Made by a program: the position numbers and the translations under genes | Source of the DNA: Candidatus Latescibacterota bacterium | GTDB taxonomy: Bacteria > Latescibacterota > UBA2968 > UBA8231 | Reading direction: 5' to 3' | Assembly: GCA_965221775.1 (NCBI GenBank) | Contig: CBDCSU010000006.1 | Span: forward strand, 480,001-544,000 | DNA: 64,000 bases | Shown: one piece after another, positions 45,623-55,418 of the stretch | Layout: each line of letters starts with the position of its first letter | Position numbering within the stretch: the first letter of the stretch is position 1 | The notes under the pieces: model-generated | Database searches by the model: none | Seen by the model: the letters and a program-made list of their open reading frames with translations, nothing else | What the model was told of the DNA's origin: nothing

Positions 45623-48565
45623 TCAGAAGTCCAGGCTCACGCCGAGCCCGATCTGGCGCGGCGGACCGTACAGCGGGATCGACTGGCCGCTGAAGGCGCG
45701 GTTCAACTCCCCTGTCGGATCCTGCTCCTCTTCCCACAGGACCTGGCTGGGGATGGTGGAATTGTCGAAAGCCAGCACGTTCTCCCGGTCCAGCAGGTTG
45801 GTGATCTCCAGGAAGAGGCCCGCCCGGGTGCCGAGCAGCTCCAGCCCCCGGGTGAGGCGCACGTCCGTGCTCGCGTTCATCGGGCCCCGCTCCGTGGCGC
45901 GCTCGCGGGGATCCTCCGAAGTCTGGGTCAGCGCGTAGAGGAAGCCGCTCTCCAGGCTCTGGATCAGCGACAGGTCGATACCGCCGGGCAGCTGCGCGAG
46001 CAGGGACAGGCTCAACTGGTGGGCGCGGTCGAAGCCGGTGGTGAGGGAGTTGTTCCCTCCCCGCACGTTGCGCTCCACCGTGTTGAAGGTCTCCCGGTCC
46101 TCCAGGGGGATCTCCGTGTCGCCGGCGGCAAAGGCGTAGCTCGTCTTGTCGGGGTACGGCGTCAGCCGGCCGGCTCCGCCCGAGGCCTTGATGTAGCTGA
46201 AGGCGTAGTTCAGGCGCCCCGAGATCATCTTGCCCGGACGCCGGAAGAGGGAGAGCTCGATGCCGCGGGCGTCGGCGTAGCCGAAGCTCGTGGTGAAGGT
46301 ATAGGAGCCGAAGCCGGCGCCGGCGGAGGGGTCGGGGTTAATGGCGTAGCCGATGCGCCCGTAGTTCTCGATGTCGCGGTAGTAGGCGGTGATGTCGGCG
46401 AGGTAGTCGGGATGGAAGCCCCACTGCAGGCCCATCTCGTAGGCCGTGGCCTCCGGCGGATCGGCGTTCACGTCGCGCACGTTCGGCAGCGACGGATTGG
46501 CGAAGGTGCCGTACTCGTCGTAGAGCTGCGAGAACGGGGGCGGCGTGTAGAACTTGCCCCACGAGTAGTGCATCGCCGCCGTCTCGGAGATCGGGTGCGA
46601 AATGCCGAGGCGCGGCTGCCAGAACATCTTGGTATCGGCGTCGTCGCCGAGGCGCGCCTTGCGCGTGATCTGGCCGTTGGACAGCGTGTCCTGCATGGAG
46701 GGATTGAAGAAGTCGGCCAGGACCTGCGCCCCCGGGTTGAACATGTCGAGGCGCACGCCGGCGTTCACGATGACGCCCTCGTACTCCATCTTGTCCTGCA
46801 CGTAGAGGGCGGTCTCCACCGGATTGAGGGTGTACGCCGTCGTCTCGAAGGGGAAGTTCGGGTCGTAGATGACCTTGACCTGCGTGCGCTGCTGGTACTG
46901 ATCCAGGGTGTGGCGCCGGTAGAGCAGGCCGGTCTTCAACTGGTGGTGAAAGTTGTACTGGTGGGTGAGGTCGGCCTTGAGCTGAGTGACGTTGCGCTTG
47001 AGTTCCTCATAGTAGAACCCGGGCTGGCCGAAGCGGTACTGGTTGTTGGAGAAGCCCAGGGTGAAGAACCGCTCGTTCCCCGGGTCGGAAGTGAAGAAGG
47101 TGAAGTTGCCGTCGGCGTCGACGGCGCTTCCTCCCACGCCCAGGTAACGCTCGGACTCCTCGGCCGAGTCGATGCGGATGAAGTCCCCGCCCTCGTCCAG
47201 GGTGGAGACGCCGTCGCCGTTGTCGTCGGAGAACCCGAACTCGCTCGTCCGGTTGAGCTGGGAGAGCTTGACGTCGACGATGGTCCGGTCCGAAACGGTG
47301 TGGGTCAGGCCCAGGTAGCCCAGGACTCCGAGCTTCTTGTTGCCGATCGCCCCTTGCGGGTAGAACTTGAAGCGGCCGTTGAAATCGCGGTTCACCCAGC
47401 CGCCGAGTCGGCCGCCGTCGTCGACCGACACGTTGGCGGTGACCTTGAGGGCGTTGGTGGGCCGGTGGGTGGCCTTGAGGGAGAAGCGGGCACCGCGGTT
47501 CAGGGTGTTGGAGAAGTTGCCCTTGTCGTCGAGGAAGCGGCCGCTGAAGAAGAAGTTGCCCCGGCGTGTGAGGGGGCCGCCCACGGAGAGCTCGAGCTCG
47601 TGGCGCAGGGCGTCGCCGTAGCCGATCTCGTCGATGGTGCTCTCGTCGAAGCCGTAGTACTCCGCCTTCGCCTTCTCGGCATCGTCGTCGGCATTGGCGA
47701 GGGCGGCGCGCTCCTCGAGGTATTTGGAGAGATCGTTGTAGACGTCGGGACCGGCGTTCTTCGTCCCCGGGCCGGTGCGGTAGAACACGCGGGTCTCGAG
47801 TTCCTCGCCGCCCTCCCGCGAGACGACGTTGACGATGCCGGCGGTGGCCGCGTCGTACTCGGCGTTGAAGGTCCCGGAGATCACGTCCAGGCTCTGCACG
47901 GAGGAGGCGTTGACCCCGACCGAGGTGAACTCGCTGCCCACCGAGCGGTGGGTCGCCGTGTAGGGCGAGTAGACGCCGTTGCCCTCGCCGGCACGGAAGT
48001 AGCTGTCGGAGACGTCGATGCCGTCGAGCAGGACCTTGGTGTCGGCCTTGCGACCGCCGCGGATGAAGCCGCGGAAGGAACTCGGCGTGGTGTTGATCAG
48101 GTCCTGCAGGCCGGAGACCGGCATGCTGTTGTTGATCTCGCTGGGATCGATGGTCTGGCGGGTCGAGGTCAGGCTCTTCTCCACCGGGGGCCGCTCGGCG
48201 AGGACCACGACCACGGGCCCCTTGATCGCCTCGGTGGCGAGGGCGAAGTCGACCGTGGTCGTCAGGTCCAGCCGCACGGCCACCTCGGTCTTCTGAACGG
48301 TCTGATGGCCCACGTGGCCGGCCTCGACGACGTAGCGGCCGGGCGGCACGTTGAGGATGAAGTAGCGCCCCTCGTCGTCGGTGACGGTCCCCACACGGAA
48401 GCCGCCGACCTCGGTGCTCACCCGGGCCCCAATCAGGGCCTGCCCCGAATCGTCGGTGATCGTGCCCGAGATCTTGCCGTAGCTGGCCGACGCGGGCTGG
48501 GCGCCCAGCGCCAGGGCCAGCACCACGAGGGCGAGTGCGGGTCGAACCCTTTGCAGCACCTCCAT
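45623..48565 (-). CDS. TonB-dependent receptor with N-terminal carboxypeptidase-regulatory-like domain
   Basis: GKISGTITD...TDDEGRYFILNVPPG; plug IRGGR...LDGI...SGTFNAEY; QPRLGISHPI; ITNLLD; terminal SLDF; RBS GGAGG. Confidence 0.92.
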   Translation of the reverse strand: MEVLQRVRPALALVVLALALGAQPASASYGKISGTITDDSGQALIGARVSTEVGGFRVGTVTDDEGRYFILNVPPGRYVVEAGHVGHQTVQKTEVAVRLDLTTTVDFALATEAIKGPVVVVLAERPPVEKSLTSTRQTIDPSEINNSMPVSGLQDLINTTPSSFRGFIRGGRKADTKVLLDGIDVSDSYFRAGEGNGVYSPYTATHRSVGSEFTSVGVNASSVQSLDVISGTFNAEYDAATAGIVNVVSREGGEELETRVFYRTGPGTKNAGPDVYNDLSKYLEERAALANADDDAEKAKAEYYGFDESTIDEIGYGDALRHELELSVGGPLTRRGNFFFSGRFLDDKGNFSNTLNRGARFSLKATHRPTNALKVTANVSVDDGGRLGGWVNRDFNGRFKFYPQGAIGNKKLGVLGYLGLTHTVSDRTIVDVKLSQLNRTSEFGFSDDNGDGVSTLDEGGDFIRIDSAEESERYLGVGGSAVDADGNFTFFTSDPGNERFFTLGFSNNQYRFGQPGFYYEELKRNVTQLKADLTHQYNFHHQLKTGLLYRRHTLDQYQQRTQVKVIYDPNFPFETTAYTLNPVETALYVQDKMEYEGVIVNAGVRLDMFNPGAQVLADFFNPSMQDTLSNGQITRKARLGDDADTKMFWQPRLGISHPISETAAMHYSWGKFYTPPPFSQLYDEYGTFANPSLPNVRDVNADPPEATAYEMGLQWGFHPDYLADITAYYRDIENYGRIGYAINPDPSAGAGFGSYTFTTSFGYADARGIELSLFRRPGKMISGRLNYAFSYIKASGGAGRLTPYPDKTSYAFAAGDTEIPLEDRETFNTVERNVRGGNNSLTTGFDRAHQLSLSLLAQLPGGIDLSLIQSLESGFLYALTQTSEDPRERATERGPMNASTDVRLTRGLELLGTRAGLFLEITNLLDRENVLAFDNSTIPSQVLWEEEQDPTGELNRAFSGQSIPLYGPPRQIGLGVSLDF

Positions 48566-48679
48566 GGCCTCTCCTCCGGAGTGGTTCCTCAGGGCTCCGG
48601 CGCACGGTGTCCGTCGACGGTGCGACGGGTTGCCGCAGCCGTGCGGAGCCGGAACAGCGGAACTGACTGTGAATTCTGC

Positions 48680-48749
48680 GAAAGTGCGAAACTTTCAGTT
48701 TAGGGCCGCAGGGCCCGATTGCGCAACGTTTTTTTTGGCAACGTTTTCA
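48680..48749 (-). promoter_or_regulatory. TBDR operon promoter with several candidate operators
   Basis: Minus strand TTGCGC (48721-48726)-N18-TAAACT (48697-48702); palindrome GAAAGT-N5-ACTTTC (48680-48696); LacI/cre-like TGGCAACGTTTTCA (48736-48749); second GCAACGTT at 48723-48730. Confidence 0.6.
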
Positions 48750-48780
48750 CGGAGTGCCCCGGCCCGCGCCACCGGTCGGA

Positions 48781-50700
48781 CTACCAGAAGAACAGGTGGT
48801 TGCCGGTCATGCCGGTGATCCCGTCGATGAGACACCACAGGCCCCCGGTGGCGTAGTGTCCGAGGATGAGCCCCAGGAAGAAAGGCCGGGCCCGGCGGTA
48901 GAGGGTGACGCCGCCGTAGCGCAGGACCGACGCCTTCACCAGCCAGCCGATGAAGATGCTGGGCATGAGGTGGTGGGTGGTCCACATGGCGCTGATGGGA
49001 AAGGCGATGGGATGCACCGGGAACCAGAGGAACCGCTTGGAGGCCAGGGTCAGGGCCAGCTGCACCGCCCCGCCCGCGCCGGTGACGCCGAGGAACTCCC
49101 AGGTGAGGTTCGCCGGGTTGGCGAGGTGGTAGGCGGTGAAGGTGTAGGGCAGGGTGGCGGCCCTCTCTCCGAAGAACCAGAAGCTGAGGTTGAGGGCGCC
49201 GTGGCGGTAGCCGAGGGTCAGGACCGTGGCCGCGGAGGCGCCGGCGGCGCACAGCACGGCCAGCAGGACGGCGGCGGCCAGGCGGCGCCGGTGCCGGGTG
49301 ATGTACTCCTCGGCCAGCCGCAGGCCGTGGATGACGGCGGCCATCAGAGTGACGCGCATCCCACCCGCCCAGGGGAAGGTCATGCCGAGGGCGCCGAGGT
49401 TGGCGTGTCCGAGGGCGCTGGCGCCGAAGGTGCCGATGAGGGCGTCCACCGGCACCAGGGGAGCCTTGGTCACCGCCAGCCCGCCTTCGGCGACGATCCG
49501 GGTGAGTCCGAACATCACCCCCAGGGCGGTGGCGATCAGTAGCGGCGCCAGCCACCAGGCCATGCCGGCGGCGTGGAGCCAGATCCACATGACCAGCATC
49601 GATGCCCCCAGCAGGCCGACGGCCTGGCGGTACGACAGGATCTCGCCGCCGTCCTCGCCGGCGCCGGCGGCGACCTGGCGCCAGATCCGCTTCAGGTGGT
49701 GGCGGGCGACCCACAAGGAGCTGGCGGCGAGCACCGCCAGGGCCCCGAAGCCCTGGTAGGCCAGGTAGGCCGAGCCGAGGGCGATCCCCTCGACGCGCTG
49801 GGTCCCGGGGACTCCGAAGTGCAGGAGCACGGCCCGCTCGAGGGTGGTCAGCAGCCCGAGGAACCACATGCTGAAGCCGAGCTTGGTACTCAGCAGGAAA
49901 CCGAAGCCGACGACAGCGTGGCTGATCGACCAGCGCAGCTGGAACTTGCCGTCCCAGAAGTAGTAGTACTTCCAGATCGGCACCCCCTCGGGCACGATGG
50001 GGTAGTAGTTGTGCAGGGCCCGCAGGGAGTACTGCAGGAAGGGGATCAGGATGCCGATCCAGACGGCGGGATTGCGGAAGAAGGCGCTGATGACCCTGCC
50101 CCCCTCCCCCTCCTCGCCGATCATCGAGATCGGCACCTGCACGAGGGGGAAGGTGAGCCGCTCGTGCTGGATCCACTGCTTGCGCACCAGCACCATGAGC
50201 GCCGTCATCGCCGCGTACGCCGCCAGCAGCATCGGCAGCCATCCCAGCAGCGGCGCCAGCCACGCCATCCAGGGCAGGGGCGTGCCCGACGGCAGCCCCT
50301 CGTAGAACCACTTGACCGCCTGCGAGTCGGAGACCCGCATCCACTCCGGCAGGAAGGGCACGATCTCCTCGGCCCAGCCGTTCTCCGGCGTGGAGAAGTA
50401 GGTCCCCGAGGAGATGTGGGGCAGGAGCTGGCAGACGAGGCCGAGGGTCGGGATCGTGCAGGCCACGGCGGCCATGATGTAGACCGTGGCCTGCTCGGCG
50501 GCGGTGAACCGCCAGCTCCGCCGCAGCAGGCCGAGGAGGGGGTTGGCCGCCAGCAGGAACAGCAGGAAGAAGAACACCGCCCCCGGCGTACTGTAGTCGA
50601 AGTGCAGCGGCGAGCCGGAGACGATCAGGTTCTCGTAGGGAGCGGCCACCCCCAGCAGGACGGAGACCACGGCGCCGGCGAAGAGGGCGCGGAAGGTCAC
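48781..50700 (-). CDS. DUF6785/DUF6784-like polytopic membrane protein (putative transporter)
   Basis: About 640 aa, many TMs; RKQWIQHERLTFPL, LTRIVAEGG, WFPVHPIAF, LRYGG..LYRRARPFFLGLILG; start uncertain (GTG 50700 chosen). Confidence 0.75.
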   Translation of the reverse strand: MTFRALFAGAVVSVLLGVAAPYENLIVSGSPLHFDYSTPGAVFFFLLFLLAANPLLGLLRRSWRFTAAEQATVYIMAAVACTIPTLGLVCQLLPHISSGTYFSTPENGWAEEIVPFLPEWMRVSDSQAVKWFYEGLPSGTPLPWMAWLAPLLGWLPMLLAAYAAMTALMVLVRKQWIQHERLTFPLVQVPISMIGEEGEGGRVISAFFRNPAVWIGILIPFLQYSLRALHNYYPIVPEGVPIWKYYYFWDGKFQLRWSISHAVVGFGFLLSTKLGFSMWFLGLLTTLERAVLLHFGVPGTQRVEGIALGSAYLAYQGFGALAVLAASSLWVARHHLKRIWRQVAAGAGEDGGEILSYRQAVGLLGASMLVMWIWLHAAGMAWWLAPLLIATALGVMFGLTRIVAEGGLAVTKAPLVPVDALIGTFGASALGHANLGALGMTFPWAGGMRVTLMAAVIHGLRLAEEYITRHRRRLAAAVLLAVLCAAGASAATVLTLGYRHGALNLSFWFFGERAATLPYTFTAYHLANPANLTWEFLGVTGAGGAVQLALTLASKRFLWFPVHPIAFPISAMWTTHHLMPSIFIGWLVKASVLRYGGVTLYRRARPFFLGLILGHYATGGLWCLIDGITGMTGNHLFFW

Positions 50701-50977
50701 CGCGCCCTGGCGCGAGGTGGATCGGGCCGGGATGGGATTGGGTCCGGGGATCGGTTGCCAGGTCCGCGAGAAGGAGGAGGGGGTCGCGACTAAGGTGGGG
50801 GGCGGCCAGCGGCCTCGACAAGCCCGGCCCCGGCCCGCCATGGGGTGCTCGAACCCACGGACGGCTCGCCTTCCGCATCCCTTGCGCCTCGACGAGGGGC
50901 CGGACCATCTTCGCGGTTCAGCGAGCCCCTCGCACCGGGCCACGCGCCCCCTTCCCCTTCGCCGATACGAGACGAGC

Positions 50978-53227
50978 ATGACGCCGACTTCGCGCCAGGC
51001 CTACGTCGAGCGCCTGCGCCTCTGGGTGCCCGGCGCCCGGAGAGAGGCCGAGGGCCTCCTGGACAGCTGGCTGGCCGACCTCGCCCCGGAGCCGCTCTCA
51101 GGCCTCCAGCAACCGCCTGCGCTGCCCATCCACCTGGCCCTGGCCGAGGGTTTCCTGGCCCGCGAGGACGGCGACCAGGCCCTGGCGGATGCGGCGGCCC
51201 GGCGGCTGGCCGGGTACGGCCGCTTCGCCGAGGCCTATCCGCGCCACCTGATACCCGATCGGCCCGAGTTCGCCGGCGGCCTGCCGGCGCAGCCCAACTT
51301 CTTCCACCTGTCGACGATGGCCGAGGCCTACCTGGGCATCCGCGAGAGCGCCGCGGTCACCGACGATCAGCACCGGGCCATCCGCGGGATCCTCGCCGAG
51401 AGCTGCGACCTCATCTTCTCCTTCCCCGAGTGGGGGGCCCACAACCGCGCCGCCATCCGCGCCTGGGGGCTGCTCGCCGCCGCCCGGGCCTGTGACGGCG
51501 ACCGCCGCGCCCCGCGCTGGGAACGGATGGCGCGCGAGCTGATGGCCGACAGCCTCGAGGGCTGGACGATCGAGGACGCCATGCACTACCACTCCATGTG
51601 GACCCAGGCGATCCTCGGCTACGTCGATCTCGCCGGCGGGGAAGCGGCCTTCTTCCGCCAGCCCACCAGCCGCTTCTACTTCGAGTACTACCTCAACCTG
51701 CTGTGCCCCATCGGCGGCGTCGCCGACTTCGGGGATTCCTGGTGGGGATCCAACCTGCCGAAGTACCTGCCCATCTTCGAGCGCGGCGCCCGCGAGTACG
51801 GCGACGGCTGCCTGCGCTGGGCCGCCGGCGAGGTCTTCGGGCGCCTGATGGAACGCCACGGCCCCGGTCCCTTCGGCGACCCCGTGATCTGGGTGCAGGC
51901 GGCCAACTGGGTCGACGAGTCCGCCGAGCCCCGGACGCCCACCTGGGGGGGCCGCGAGGTGCTGGACGAGCTGGCGGGCAAGAAGGTCGTCTTCCGCAGC
52001 GGCTGGTCGCGGCAGGACACCTTCCTGCTGCTCAACTACAAGCCGGATACCGACTACGGCCGCACCCAGCGGGACTACCTCGAGCACACGATCCCGGTGG
52101 AGGCGGAGAAGGCCCATCACGGGCACGCCGACGAGAACAGCATCTCCACCCTCACCAGCCGCGGCGCCCTGCTGCTCCACGACGGCGGCTACCGCGAGCA
52201 GCTGCCGAACGGCCAATACCGCGCCGACCTCTACCACAACCGCGTCGTCGCGCGCAACGAGCTGATGCGCGAGGGCGAGTCGCTCTACGACTTCCTCCAC
52301 AACGACGGGCGCTACCGCCCGGTGGAGACGAGCCGCATCGACTACCGGCGGTTCTCGCGGGTGGAGTTCTCGCGCACCCGCCTCGTCGACCGCGGCGCCG
52401 GGTACCTGCACGACCGCGTCGTCGCCTGGCTCCTCGACGAGGAGATGTTCCTCGTCATCGACGGAGTCCAGGCCCTGCGGGACGACGTCTTCACCTTCTC
52501 CAACCTCTACCACACCCAGAGGGTGCTCGACGAGGGGGAAGGCTGGTTCGACACCGCCGTCGACTCGGTGCGCACCGAGCCGGGAGGGGAGGTCTACGCG
52601 GCGCCGGAGAACGCCGCCGCCCTGGCCGTGATCTGTCCGCCGCGGCCGTGGTTCTGGCAGGGGCAGGAGCCGGTCCGCCGCCACTGGCAGGAGGAGATCC
52701 TCCTCCACCAGACGACCTCGGGACGGCTGGCGGCCGGCAAGTGGGTCGTGTTCTACTCGGCCCTTGCGCCCCACGACCGCGGCGAGGACCCGGCCGCCAT
52801 CGCCGCCCGCATCCGCGTGGCCGACGTCGACCGCTCATCCGCCGCCGGCCTCGTGGTCGACTCCGACCGCGGCGAGACGCTCGTGGGCGTGAAATTCGAC
52901 CGCGAGGAGGAGCTGCTCATGGAGGACGTCCGCCCGCGCTACACCTGGGACTCCGGCCGCACCCGCTACGGCTGGGTCGAGACCGACGCCCGCTTCGTGT
53001 GGTCCCGGCGCCGGGAGCGGTCGGTCTCCTACGCCTGCACCGAGGCGATGCGCCTCGACTGCGGCGGCACCACCTTGCTGGAGGCCCCCTCGTACCAGTT
53101 CACCCTGCAGTACGCCGGCCCCAAGGTCAGGGACAGCCCCTCCAAGTGGCGGGCCTGGGAGGAGGAGGATGTGGCGCTTCCCGCAAGCCGTTACCAGTCG
53201 ACCACCGACCCGTCGTCGGCGTCGTAA
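50978..53227 (+). CDS. Heparinase II/III-like protein (helical N-domain plus beta-sandwich), no signal peptide
   Basis: HN, ED..HY, ADFGDS, VFRSGW, HGHADENS, LLHDGGY, YHN; 37-nt convergent overlap with dgoD. Confidence 0.65.
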   Translation: MTPTSRQAYVERLRLWVPGARREAEGLLDSWLADLAPEPLSGLQQPPALPIHLALAEGFLAREDGDQALADAAARRLAGYGRFAEAYPRHLIPDRPEFAGGLPAQPNFFHLSTMAEAYLGIRESAAVTDDQHRAIRGILAESCDLIFSFPEWGAHNRAAIRAWGLLAAARACDGDRRAPRWERMARELMADSLEGWTIEDAMHYHSMWTQAILGYVDLAGGEAAFFRQPTSRFYFEYYLNLLCPIGGVADFGDSWWGSNLPKYLPIFERGAREYGDGCLRWAAGEVFGRLMERHGPGPFGDPVIWVQAANWVDESAEPRTPTWGGREVLDELAGKKVVFRSGWSRQDTFLLLNYKPDTDYGRTQRDYLEHTIPVEAEKAHHGHADENSISTLTSRGALLLHDGGYREQLPNGQYRADLYHNRVVARNELMREGESLYDFLHNDGRYRPVETSRIDYRRFSRVEFSRTRLVDRGAGYLHDRVVAWLLDEEMFLVIDGVQALRDDVFTFSNLYHTQRVLDEGEGWFDTAVDSVRTEPGGEVYAAPENAAALAVICPPRPWFWQGQEPVRRHWQEEILLHQTTSGRLAAGKWVVFYSALAPHDRGEDPAAIAARIRVADVDRSSAAGLVVDSDRGETLVGVKFDREEELLMEDVRPRYTWDSGRTRYGWVETDARFVWSRRRERSVSYACTEAMRLDCGGTTLLEAPSYQFTLQYAGPKVRDSPSKWRAWEEEDVALPASRYQSTTDPSSAS

Positions 53228-54348
53228 TCGACGCGGTAGGGGTGGGGCTCCCCCACCTGGCCCCTGAGCTTGTCCTCGTCGATGGTGATGCCGAGGCCGG
53301 GGCCGGTGGGCAGCGGCCGGTACCCCCCGACGACCGGCGGCAGGGGCTCGGCGAGCAGGTCGAGGTACTCGTGGTCGCCGCCCTCCTGGGCGAGGAAGTT
53401 GGGGATGCAGGCGGCGATCTGCAGGCTCGCCGCCAGGGAGCACGGGCCCTGGGGGTTGTGGGGCGCCAGGGGGGTGTAGTACGACTCCGCCATGCCGGCG
53501 ATGAGGCGCAGCTCGGTGATGCCGCCGGCGTAGCAGACGTCGGGCTGCACGATCGTAGCCGCGCGCTTCTCCAATACCTCGCGGAAACCCCACTTGGTGA
53601 AGATCCGCTCGCCCGTGGCGACGGGCACGTGGGTCTGGCGCGCCAGCTCGGCCATGACGTCGACGTTGAGGGCCTGCACGATCTCCTCGAAGAACCACGG
53701 GTTGTAAGGCTCCAGGGCCTTCATCAGCAGCAGCGCCGTGGGCGGCTGCACGGCGCCGTGGAAGTCGACGCCGATGTCGACGCCGTCGCCGTGCTCGTCG
53801 CGCAGGGCCCGGAAGTGCTCGACGGCGGACTCGATGGCGCGCGGGCCCTCCACGTACTTGTGGGGCGCGCGGGACTCCACCGGGACTCCCGTCTTCATGG
53901 CGGTGACGCCGGTTTCGGCGCTGATCGTGCCGTACACGCGCACGCGGTGGCGGGTGGGTCCGCCCAGCAGCCGGTGCACGGGCACGCCGAAGCACTTGCC
54001 GGTGATGTCCCACAGGGCCTGGTCGATGCCGGAGAGGATCGCCGTCTTGATGGGGCCGCCGCGGTAGAAGGCGCCGCGGTGGATCGCCTGCCAGTGATGG
54101 GCCACGGGGCGCGGGTCCTTGCCCACGAGGTAGTCGGCGACTTCGAGGGCGCCGGCGGCGCAGGCCCGGGCGTCGTCCTTGAGCATCTCCCCCCAGCCGC
54201 TGATGCCGGCGTCGGTGGAGATCTTCACGAAGACCCACGAGTTGCGCAGGACGAAGGTCTCGATCGCCGTGACCTGGATCGACTCGTCCGGGCCGACCGG
54301 CCCCTGGCGCAGATCCTGCCGACCCGTGTCGGCCTCCCTGTTCTCCAT
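53191..54348 (-). CDS. dgoD: Galactonate dehydratase-like enolase-superfamily enzyme
   Basis: FVKISTDAGISGWGE, FYRGG, SGIDQALWDITGK, DFHG, FFEE, ATGER, QPD, APHNPQGP; terminal DGSVVDW. Confidence 0.85.
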   Translation of the reverse strand: MENREADTGRQDLRQGPVGPDESIQVTAIETFVLRNSWVFVKISTDAGISGWGEMLKDDARACAAGALEVADYLVGKDPRPVAHHWQAIHRGAFYRGGPIKTAILSGIDQALWDITGKCFGVPVHRLLGGPTRHRVRVYGTISAETGVTAMKTGVPVESRAPHKYVEGPRAIESAVEHFRALRDEHGDGVDIGVDFHGAVQPPTALLLMKALEPYNPWFFEEIVQALNVDVMAELARQTHVPVATGERIFTKWGFREVLEKRAATIVQPDVCYAGGITELRLIAGMAESYYTPLAPHNPQGPCSLAASLQIAACIPNFLAQEGGDHEYLDLLAEPLPPVVGGYRPLPTGPGLGITIDEDKLRGQVGEPHPYRVDYDADDGSVVDW

Positions 54349-54362
54349 GTCGCCCTCCCCTG

Positions 54363-55418
54363 TCAGCGGCGGCGGTAGCGCACCTCGCGGCCCGTCTCCG
54401 CGCTCCGGTAGATCCCCTCGAGGATCTTCGTCACCTTCAGCCCCTGCTCGCCCGTGGCCAGCGGCTTCCGCCGCTCGATGATGCTGTCGACGAACTCGTG
54501 GTACGCGGAGGGCGTCGGCTCGGTGCGGTAGTCGAGGCGCTTGGTGAACATGTCGCCGCCTTCGTCGGTGTAGATCTCGGCCTCGTGCCGGCCCGAGTCG
54601 CCGAAGCGGTGGACCAGCCCGCCCCGGTCGCCGTAGAGGCAGGTCTCCAGATGCTCCTGCTTCCGCTGGTTCAGCGCCCAGCTCGCCTCCAGGATCAGGG
54701 TGGCGCCGTTGGCGCACTTCACCAGGCCGCAGGCGAGGTCCTCCACGGTGTAGCTCTCGCCCGCCTTGCGCGCGACCTCCGGGGCGATGACGCTGTACGT
54801 CGATCCGGTGACGGCCACCGGCTCGGGGTAGCCCATCAGCCACAGGGCGAGATCGAGGCGGTGCACGCCCAGGTCGATGAGGGGCCCCCCGCCGGAGCGG
54901 TCGCGGTCGGTGAACCAGCCGCCGAGCCCGGGGATGCCGCGGCGGCGGTGCCACACGCTGCGGCCGAAGTAGATCTCGCCCACGGCGCCGGCGTCGACCT
55001 GCCCCTTGAGAGCGAAGCTGGCCTCGGTGAAGCGGTAGGAGAAGTTGATCATGAGGTTGCGGCGCGCCCGGCGGGCGGCGGCGTTCATGCGCTCCGCCTC
55101 CTTCACCGTCATCGCCATCGGCTTCTCGCACAACACGTGCAGACCGCGCTTGAGGGCGGCGATGGTCACCGGCGCGTGCAGGTGGTTGGGCAGGGCGACG
55201 CTGACCCCGTCGAGGTCCTCGGCATCGAGCATCTCTTCCGTGTCGTTGTAGGTGCGTTCCACGCCGAGGTCCGCCGCCACCTGCGACAGGCGCCCGGGAT
55301 CCTGGTCGCAAAGGGCGACGAGATCCGCCTGGCCATGGGAGTGGTACCCGTGGGCGTGCTCCTGCCCATTGCCCAGGCCGATGACGGCCATTCTCACGTT
55401 GCGCTTGCGTCGCGCCAT
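54363..55418 (-). CDS. Gfo/Idh/MocA oxidoreductase
   Basis: IGLG, PNHLH, HVLCEKPMA, GGGPLIDLGVHRLD. Confidence 0.92.
   Translation of the reverse strand: MARRKRNVRMAVIGLGNGQEHAHGYHSHGQADLVALCDQDPGRLSQVAADLGVERTYNDTEEMLDAEDLDGVSVALPNHLHAPVTIAALKRGLHVLCEKPMAMTVKEAERMNAAARRARRNLMINFSYRFTEASFALKGQVDAGAVGEIYFGRSVWHRRRGIPGLGGWFTDRDRSGGGPLIDLGVHRLDLALWLMGYPEPVAVTGSTYSVIAPEVARKAGESYTVEDLACGLVKCANGATLILEASWALNQRKQEHLETCLYGDRGGLVHRFGDSGRHEAEIYTDEGGDMFTKRLDYRTEPTPSAYHEFVDSIIERRKPLATGEQGLKVTKILEGIYRSAETGREVRYRRR

Noticed and set aside
48566-48680. Possible cobalamin or TPP riboswitch ahead of the TBDR
   Set aside because: A stem-loop exists, but I could not find the conserved B12-box or TPP core sequences.
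50701-50979. Back-to-back ATGs sharing CATG (50977-50980), extending the membrane protein to 732 aa
   Set aside because: The extension is low-complexity and leaves no room for divergent promoters; likely coincidence.
53191-53227. 37-nt convergent overlap of the heparinase-like gene and dgoD
   Set aside because: Short tail overlaps are common in GC-rich genomes; no sign of function.
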